Position numbers and translations under genes: made by a program
Notes under the pieces: generated by a model
Database searches by the model: none
Seen by the model: the letters and a program-made list of their open reading frames with translations, nothing else
What the model was told of the DNA's origin: nothing
In this document: positions 1 to 4,686 of the stretch, in pieces
How positions within the stretch are numbered: the stretch's first letter is position 1
How the letters are laid out: each line of letters starts with the position of its first letter
UHGV virus genome: UHGV-0380108
Source: a virus
Reading direction: 5' to 3' (one strand)
DNA length: 5,521 nucleotides

Positions 1-2
1 AA

Positions 3-374
3 AAACTATCGGCAGAAATCAGGAAGATAAACGCAGACGCATGCAGCGGAATGGCCCAAGCGGCATATTATTACGCAGCGGGCGAAGCCCAAAAAGCGGA
101 AGCAAAAATGCTTGAAGCGAAAAAGAGAACCGAGGAGGCAACCGCAGATCTGCGAGAACTTCAATATTGGACCGAAATAGCGAATACGATTATCAGACTG
201 GCACAAATAGTGGGGAACCTGGCAATCGGAGGGAAAACAGGAAAACTAATCAGAGAATACACGGAAAAAAGGATGAATGAAACACCCCCCAAAAATTCAT
301 CAACGGTAACGCAGCACTATGATCCAGAAATGAAATTTAAGGGAGTAGACAAAACTGTGACAACAAAATGGTAG
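3..374 (+). CDS. 3' portion of an ORF already open at the window start (frame 3, no stop from base 3 to TGG-TAG at 372..374). Most likely the C-terminal ~124 aa of the VP2-like pilot/minor capsid protein continuing from 4687..5521 across a circular junction. Otherwise an independent 107-aa ORF starting at ATG 51.
   Basis: Translating frame 3 from base 3 gives KLSAEIRKINADACSG-MAQAAYYY... with no stop upstream of the track's ATG at 51. The ORF at the 3' end of the window (4687..5521, frame 1) ends on codon position 1 (g). Joining g + aa (bases 1-2) gives GAA, and the next codon starts at base 3, so the two ORFs are in the same frame across a 5,521-nt circle. Composition is A/K/E-rich and helical, as expected for the distal part of a pilot protein. 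Confidence 0.5.
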   Translation, partial: KLSAEIRKINADACSGMAQAAYYYAAGEAQKAEAKMLEAKKRTEEATADLRELQYWTEIANTIIRLAQIVGNLAIGGKTGKLIREYTEKRMNETPPKNSSTVTQHYDPEMKFKGVDKTVTTKW

Positions 375-413
375 AAAAAACGATTTTAAAGGGGGAAAAT
401 TCAATTAAAAGCA

Positions 414-1682
414 GTGTGTCTATATCCAAGTATCATAGAGAACCCAAAGTACGCCAAATCGAATAAAAACGGCAAAAGGGCAAGGGATCGCCGTCTAAGG
501 TGGATCCAAATTCCATGTGGATATTGCGAAGAGTGCAGACGCGCAAAAGCAAATGAATGGAGAGTAAGATTGATGGAAGAAGTAAAAAATAATCCTAAAA
601 ACTCTATATTTGCAACGCTGACATTCTCCGAGGAAAGCCTAAAAAAACTAGAATATGACGAAAAAGAACCGAACAAAGCACCTCAGAAGGCAATCAGCCT
701 ATTCAGAAAACGATGGTGGAAAAAGTATAAAACACCACTCAAACACTGGCTAATCACAGAAATGGGGCATGACAACACCAAGAGGATACATCTGCACGGC
801 ATCATATGGACAGAACTAACAGAGGAACAGTTCGAAAAGGAATGGGGGTACGGCTGGATATTCTTTGGGTATGAAGTAAACGAGAAAACAATAAACTACA
901 TCGTAAAATATGTGACAAAGAGAGACGAAGATAATCCTGAATTCAACGGGAAGATATTCACTTCAAAAGGGATTGGAGCAAGCTATATAAACAAGTACTC
1001 GCTTAACAGGCATAGATATCAGGATAAATTTACAGAGGAAACATACAAGGCAGCTTCAGGAACAAGAATAGCGCTGCCGACATACTACAGGCAGAAAATA
1101 TGGACAGATCAAGAACGAGAGAACCTCCGAATCATAAAGGAGGAACAACAGGTGAGGTATTATAACAAAACCCCTATCAAAGTAGAAACACTAGAACAGT
1201 ATAAAGAGTATGTACACGCAGTAATATATTGGCAGTCAATTAAAAAGTATGACAGAAAGAGAAAAAAAAGAGATATGCAAAGGATATGCAGATCTAATCA
1301 TAAAGAAAGAAAAGTTAATCCGAGAAATATGGGAAGTAGAGTTTGCAATCAGAAAAATGGAAGATGTGCTGACGCGGAACAAGGTTATAAAGCCTTCGAA
1401 GGAAACATAGGGGACAGATCCAGTAATCTTGTAAAGCTGATCGGCGCAAACAGAGTGTCCCAACGGAACTTCAAATATGAGGGAACATACTACGTAACAG
1501 AGGATGGAGAGACGTACGACAAAGAATACGTAGACACTCATAAACCACTGAGAACCGGCATCGACTTCTACGAGGTGAGCAATTGGATATACAACGAAAG
1601 AAAACAATTGTACGAACCTATCGTCAGAAGGATAGTAATGATCAAAAACACCAACACTCAATTATCACTAAACTATGAATGA
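414..1682 (+). CDS. Rolling-circle replication initiation protein (Microviridae VP4 / phiX174 gpA-like HUH endonuclease), 422 aa, GTG start, with ~190-aa C-terminal extension
   Basis: N-terminus MCLYP... resembles the conserved M-x-C-x-x-P start of gokushovirus VP4, which supports GTG 414 as the start. A CxxC zinc-finger-like CGYCEECRRAK lies at aa 35-42. HUH motif I is FATLTF (nt 609..626), motif II is the H-x-H element HLHGIIW (nt 789..809), and motif III carries the catalytic tyrosines YIVKYVTK (nt 897..920). Downstream are SKGIG and LPTYYRQKIW elements typical of VP4. It is the only long + ORF in the region. The stop TGA at 1680..1682 overlaps the next ORF's start. Confidence 0.88.
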   Translation: MCLYPSIIENPKYAKSNKNGKRARDRRLRWIQIPCGYCEECRRAKANEWRVRLMEEVKNNPKNSIFATLTFSEESLKKLEYDEKEPNKAPQKAISLFRKRWWKKYKTPLKHWLITEMGHDNTKRIHLHGIIWTELTEEQFEKEWGYGWIFFGYEVNEKTINYIVKYVTKRDEDNPEFNGKIFTSKGIGASYINKYSLNRHRYQDKFTEETYKAASGTRIALPTYYRQKIWTDQERENLRIIKEEQQVRYYNKTPIKVETLEQYKEYVHAVIYWQSIKKYDRKRKKRDMQRICRSNHKERKVNPRNMGSRVCNQKNGRCADAEQGYKAFEGNIGDRSSNLVKLIGANRVSQRNFKYEGTYYVTEDGETYDKEYVDTHKPLRTGIDFYEVSNWIYNERKQLYEPIVRRIVMIKNTNTQLSLNYE

Positions 1683-1845
1683 AAAAGTAAAGAAGATCGT
1701 AAAATGGATCGCGGTAATCGCAGCTGCCATCGGCGCAGCAGCTGCCGTGATCATAGAACAGGGATGCACTCACAAGCACCACCTCAAGGCAAGCGGCATC
1801 AAAGTCGACACAATCGAAGTAACAACAACAACAAAAATTAAATAA
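1675..1845 (+). CDS. Small 56-aa protein with one predicted transmembrane helix (MNEKVKKIVKWIAVIAAAIGAAAAVIIEQGCTHKHHLKASGIKVDTIEVTTTTKIK); candidate membrane/lysis-associated protein
   Basis: ATG at 1675 lies in the overlap ATGAATGA with the Rep stop (1680..1682). The ORF is open in frame 1 to TAA at 1843..1845. A 20-residue uncharged hydrophobic stretch (nt ~1696..1755) is flanked by K-rich N-terminal and charged C-terminal segments. It is tightly packed against the next ORF (taa c ATG). It falls below the length threshold of the supplied ORF track. Confidence 0.45.
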   Translation: MNEKVKKIVKWIAVIAAAIGAAAAVIIEQGCTHKHHLKASGIKVDTIEVTTTTKIK

Positions 1846-1846
1846 C

Positions 1847-2152
1847 ATGAACAAAAAATTCAGAAATCAGCTACTCGCTGAAAGCGGAAAAAAAGAGGCA
1901 GAAATCAAAAGTGTAAACCTCGAAATCGAAGAAAGAGTAGAGTCGAAAAACGGCATATTCGTACTGGTCCGCAACAAGAAAAACAAATGGGTGATCACAA
2001 TGTGCGGCGCGATCATAAACGGAAAAGAATTCAACACTAAAGAGGAAGCTGAAGAACACATAGCTAAAAAAGAGTGGGAAGACATCCTGACCGCAACATT
2101 CGTATTCATCCTGCACGTAAACGGAGAAATGAAAAACACTGAAAAAGAATAA
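1847..2152 (+). CDS. Hypothetical protein, 101 aa (MNKKFRNQLLAESGKKEAEIKSV...), no recognisable family
   Basis: ATG lies 1 nt after the previous stop and ends 3 nt before the capsid gene start. Orientation and codon usage match the flanking phage genes. The N-terminus is K/E-rich and the C-terminal half is hydrophobic (ILTATFVFILHV). Its position between Rep and the major capsid gene is where small accessory/DNA-binding ORFs sit in gokushovirus-like genomes. Confidence 0.5.
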   Translation: MNKKFRNQLLAESGKKEAEIKSVNLEIEERVESKNGIFVLVRNKKNKWVITMCGAIINGKEFNTKEEAEEHIAKKEWEDILTATFVFILHVNGEMKNTEKE

Positions 2153-2155
2153 GCC

Positions 2156-4204
2156 ATGAAAAAAACACTAGGAGGAGACAGAATTCGAAGCGAAAGCAAA
2201 ATGGAAGTATATCTGCCTAATTTCGGCAGATCGTCTCACAACGTAGGAAAGATAATCCGAACATCACAGGCATGCGGCACGATCGTTCCCTATTGGTGTC
2301 AAATAGGTATGGATGGAACGACGTTCTACATCGATATCACAACGAAGGTGAAAACGCTGCCAACAACCGGGCCTGTATTCGGAAGCTTCAAACACCAGAT
2401 CGATGTATTCGTAATTCCGATCAGGCTCTACATAGCAGCGCTGCACAATAATGCTCTAGGAGTAGGGTTGAATATGGATAAAGTATTACTACCACAATTT
2501 CAAGTGTATACAGCTAATACGTCAATTTACGAAAACGACTTCAACAGAGGGCAAGTCAATCCAAGCTCGCTGCTCTCATACCTGGGGATAAAAGGGTTCG
2601 GATACTCCGAAGTCAATCAATACCTCCGAAGATTTCCTGCAATATTCAATCTGGCGTATTGGGATATATTCAAAAACTACTATGCAAATAAACAAGAAGA
2701 ATATGCATATGTAATCACTGGAATAAACCATATCTGGAAGTCGATCTTCATAGGAGATGGATACGTTTGGGATAAAGAATGGTACGAAAACTCAGACTTA
2801 CCATACGAGGTTACTCCGACAGAACAGAAACCAAAGTACATCAGACTGGAATTCGAGGAAAAGATCTCTCCCGAAGAAGTCGGTGAGATACAGTTCCTGA
2901 CAAATAATCCAAACACGCCAACAGTAGCAAGCAACAGGATAACAAAGCTTGGAGACTCCTTTGTGTTTGAACGAACAGATCCGGAGGCACCGGGACTTAG
3001 AGAACCGAGCAATCCGAGAAAGGCAACCAACGTTTACATGTACAAAATCAAGAAGCCCATTAAATTTGCATACAGAATAACCACAAGCAGCGGGGAGCAG
3101 ATGATAACAATGCCGGACAACAAGAAGATCCAGCTAACGCCATTTCCATTAAAAAACATCGACGATATGCGAACTTCAATACTGGCAGCTCCCAGTTCTT
3201 CGGCGTTTGTGATGGATAACAGCAAAATGCCGTACGCAGCAGCAACGAAAACTCTAGATCTGCCAAATCATGACTACTCAAAAACATATCACAGCTCAAA
3301 TGCATGGTATTCACAAGCAGGGCTGGCAGTGAAAACATATCTGAGCGACAGGTTCAACAATTGGCTGAACACAGAATGGATCGACGGAACAACAGGAGGA
3401 ATCAATGCGATTACGGCAGTAGATGTAAGCGACGGAAAACTCACTATGGACGCTCTAATTCTCCAGAAAAAAATATTCAATATGCTGAACCGCGTGGCTA
3501 TTACAGACGGCACCTACCAAGCATGGAGAGAGGCGACATACGGAATCAGAAGCGCAACACTACCCGAATCTCCTGTGTTCTGCGGCGGAATGCAAAGCGA
3601 AATCGCATTCGACGAAATTGTATCGAATTCGGCAACAGACGAAGAACCGCTGGGAACACTTGCCGGCCGAGGAGTTGCGACCATGTACAAATCCGGAAGA
3701 GGGTTAAAAATCAAATGTACAGAACCCAGTATAATCATGGCTCTAGGATCAATTACACCTCGAGTTGATTACAGCCAAGGCAACAAATGGTGGACAAGAC
3801 TGCAAAGCATGGATGACTTCCACAAACCAACATTAGACGCAATTGGGTTCCAAGAACTGATAGCAGAAGAAGCAGCTGCATGGAGTACGGAAACGACTGA
3901 GGACTACACACACACGTATCAATCACTAGGAAAACAGCCGTCATGGATCGAATACACAACGGATGTGAATGAAACATACGGCGACTTTGCCGCAGGAATG
4001 CCATTAGCATTTATGTGCTTGAACAGAGTGTACGAACAAGACGTGGACGGTACAATCGGCAATACCTCAACGTATATTGACCCTACGATATACAACAACA
4101 TATTTGCAGAGTCGAGAATGAGTTCGCAGAACTTCTGGGTACAAGTAGCATTCGATGTAACAGCACGCCGGGTAATGTCAGCAAAACAAATTCCAAATTT
4201 ATAA
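2156..4204 (+). CDS. Major capsid protein (Microviridae VP1 / phiX174 F-like single jelly-roll capsid protein), 682 aa
   Basis: It is the longest ORF in the window. The N-terminal region FGRSSHNVGKI...FVIPIRLY recalls the conserved N-terminal block of gokushovirus VP1 (RSxHSF...FFVPLRLIW), from memory. Size (600-780 aa) and position fit a microvirus VP1 carrying a large inserted surface loop. An alternative start at ATG 2201 (MEVYLPNF...) is possible, but the AGGAGG at 2169..2174 is 26 nt upstream of it and too far to act as an SD. Confidence 0.88.
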   Translation: MKKTLGGDRIRSESKMEVYLPNFGRSSHNVGKIIRTSQACGTIVPYWCQIGMDGTTFYIDITTKVKTLPTTGPVFGSFKHQIDVFVIPIRLYIAALHNNALGVGLNMDKVLLPQFQVYTANTSIYENDFNRGQVNPSSLLSYLGIKGFGYSEVNQYLRRFPAIFNLAYWDIFKNYYANKQEEYAYVITGINHIWKSIFIGDGYVWDKEWYENSDLPYEVTPTEQKPKYIRLEFEEKISPEEVGEIQFLTNNPNTPTVASNRITKLGDSFVFERTDPEAPGLREPSNPRKATNVYMYKIKKPIKFAYRITTSSGEQMITMPDNKKIQLTPFPLKNIDDMRTSILAAPSSSAFVMDNSKMPYAAATKTLDLPNHDYSKTYHSSNAWYSQAGLAVKTYLSDRFNNWLNTEWIDGTTGGINAITAVDVSDGKLTMDALILQKKIFNMLNRVAITDGTYQAWREATYGIRSATLPESPVFCGGMQSEIAFDEIVSNSATDEEPLGTLAGRGVATMYKSGRGLKIKCTEPSIIMALGSITPRVDYSQGNKWWTRLQSMDDFHKPTLDAIGFQELIAEEAAAWSTETTEDYTHTYQSLGKQPSWIEYTTDVNETYGDFAAGMPLAFMCLNRVYEQDVDGTIGNTSTYIDPTIYNNIFAESRMSSQNFWVQVAFDVTARRVMSAKQIPNL

Positions 4205-4208
4205 CACC

Positions 4209-4532
4209 ATGAAAACAGCAATAAATAGAAAAGGATGCATCAACAATCCAAAACTCACATACCAAGCAGAACCAAGGGAGGTAAAACTGAGAAAAATAAT
4301 CAGCGGAGAATCCAACAATATGGATGACGGGGTATTCCCAACAATTTACACAGAAAAGAAAGACGGAGTACTGCCCGAGTATGACATAAGAACAGATCGA
4401 TTTGAGATAGCAATAGACGCGATGGATAAAATCAACCAGAGCACAGCGAACCAGATCGCGAAGAACAAGGGCGAAACTGAAAGCGTGAAAACTTTCGGGA
4501 CAGAAGTAAAAACCGATCCCGAAAAGAGCTAA
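4209..4532 (+). CDS. Hypothetical 107-aa acidic protein; possibly an internal scaffolding protein (VP3-like)
   Basis: ATG lies 4 nt after the capsid stop. Same strand and codon bias as the neighbours. The segment VLPEYDIRTDRFEIAIDAMDKI loosely resembles the P-x-Y-G/D-D...Y-x-E-A-x-N core I recall from gokushovirus VP3 scaffold proteins. That recollection is weak, so the product call is tentative. Confidence 0.45.
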   Translation: MKTAINRKGCINNPKLTYQAEPREVKLRKIISGESNNMDDGVFPTIYTEKKDGVLPEYDIRTDRFEIAIDAMDKINQSTANQIAKNKGETESVKTFGTEVKTDPEKS

Positions 4533-4561
4533 AGCAGTCGTATAAAGATCTACCAAAAACC

Positions 4562-4593
4562 AAAGAGGGGGGATATTTCCGCCCCCCTCTTTT
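4562..4593 (+). terminator. Perfect 11-bp G/C-rich hairpin (AAAGAGGGGGG / CCCCCCTCTTT, 9-nt loop ATATTTCCG) followed by T; candidate intrinsic terminator and/or structural origin or packaging element
   Basis: Bases 4562..4572 are the exact reverse complement of 4582..4592, with six consecutive G:C pairs. An A-tract lies upstream and TCTTTT downstream. The hairpin sits in the only substantial non-coding region of the genome (4533..4686), 30 nt after the stop of the 107-aa ORF. Confidence 0.5.
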
Positions 4594-4597
4594 AACC

Positions 4598-4611
4598 CTC
4601 GTAAATACGAG
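4598..4611. promoter_or_regulatory. 14-bp perfect palindrome CTCGTAAATACGAG, a candidate dyad-symmetric protein-binding site
   Basis: CTCGTA (4598..4603) is the reverse complement of TACGAG (4606..4611), with a 2-nt centre. It lies immediately 3' of the GC hairpin and upstream of the VP2 gene start. Confidence 0.25.
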
Positions 4612-4680
4612 TGACACAGTGCGGTAGACGTTTATACATATATAACGAGAACATAAGGTATAAATTCTTTTTAGAAAAGA
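4611..4680 (+). promoter_or_regulatory. Candidate promoter region for the VP2-Rep-capsid transcription unit
   Basis: GTGACA (4611..4616), a 5/6 match to the sigma-70 -35 TTGACA, is followed after 16 nt by TATACA (4633..4638) inside an AT-rich run TTTATACATATATAAC. A second TATAAAT lies at 4659..4665, about 22 nt upstream of ATG 4687. No Shine-Dalgarno sequence precedes this start or most other starts in the window. Confidence 0.2.
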
Positions 4681-4686
4681 ACGAAA

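Noticed and set aside
375-413. GGGGG run (392..396) in the 39-nt spacer before Rep as an SD sequence or structured element
   Set aside because: It is 17-22 nt from the GTG start (too far for a canonical SD) and has no complementary partner for a stable hairpin. It is kept only as context for the Rep start call.
1822-1838. (ACA)n/A-rich microsatellite-like run GTAACAACAACAACAAAAATTAAATAA
   Set aside because: Only ~4 repeat units. It encodes the TTTT-K tail of the small TM protein and contains its stop. It is not a meaningful tandem repeat or CRISPR-like structure.
2169-2174. AGGAGG motif as a ribosome-binding site for an alternative capsid start at ATG 2201
   Set aside because: It lies 26 nt upstream of that ATG, well outside functional SD spacing, and inside the ORF opened by ATG 2156.
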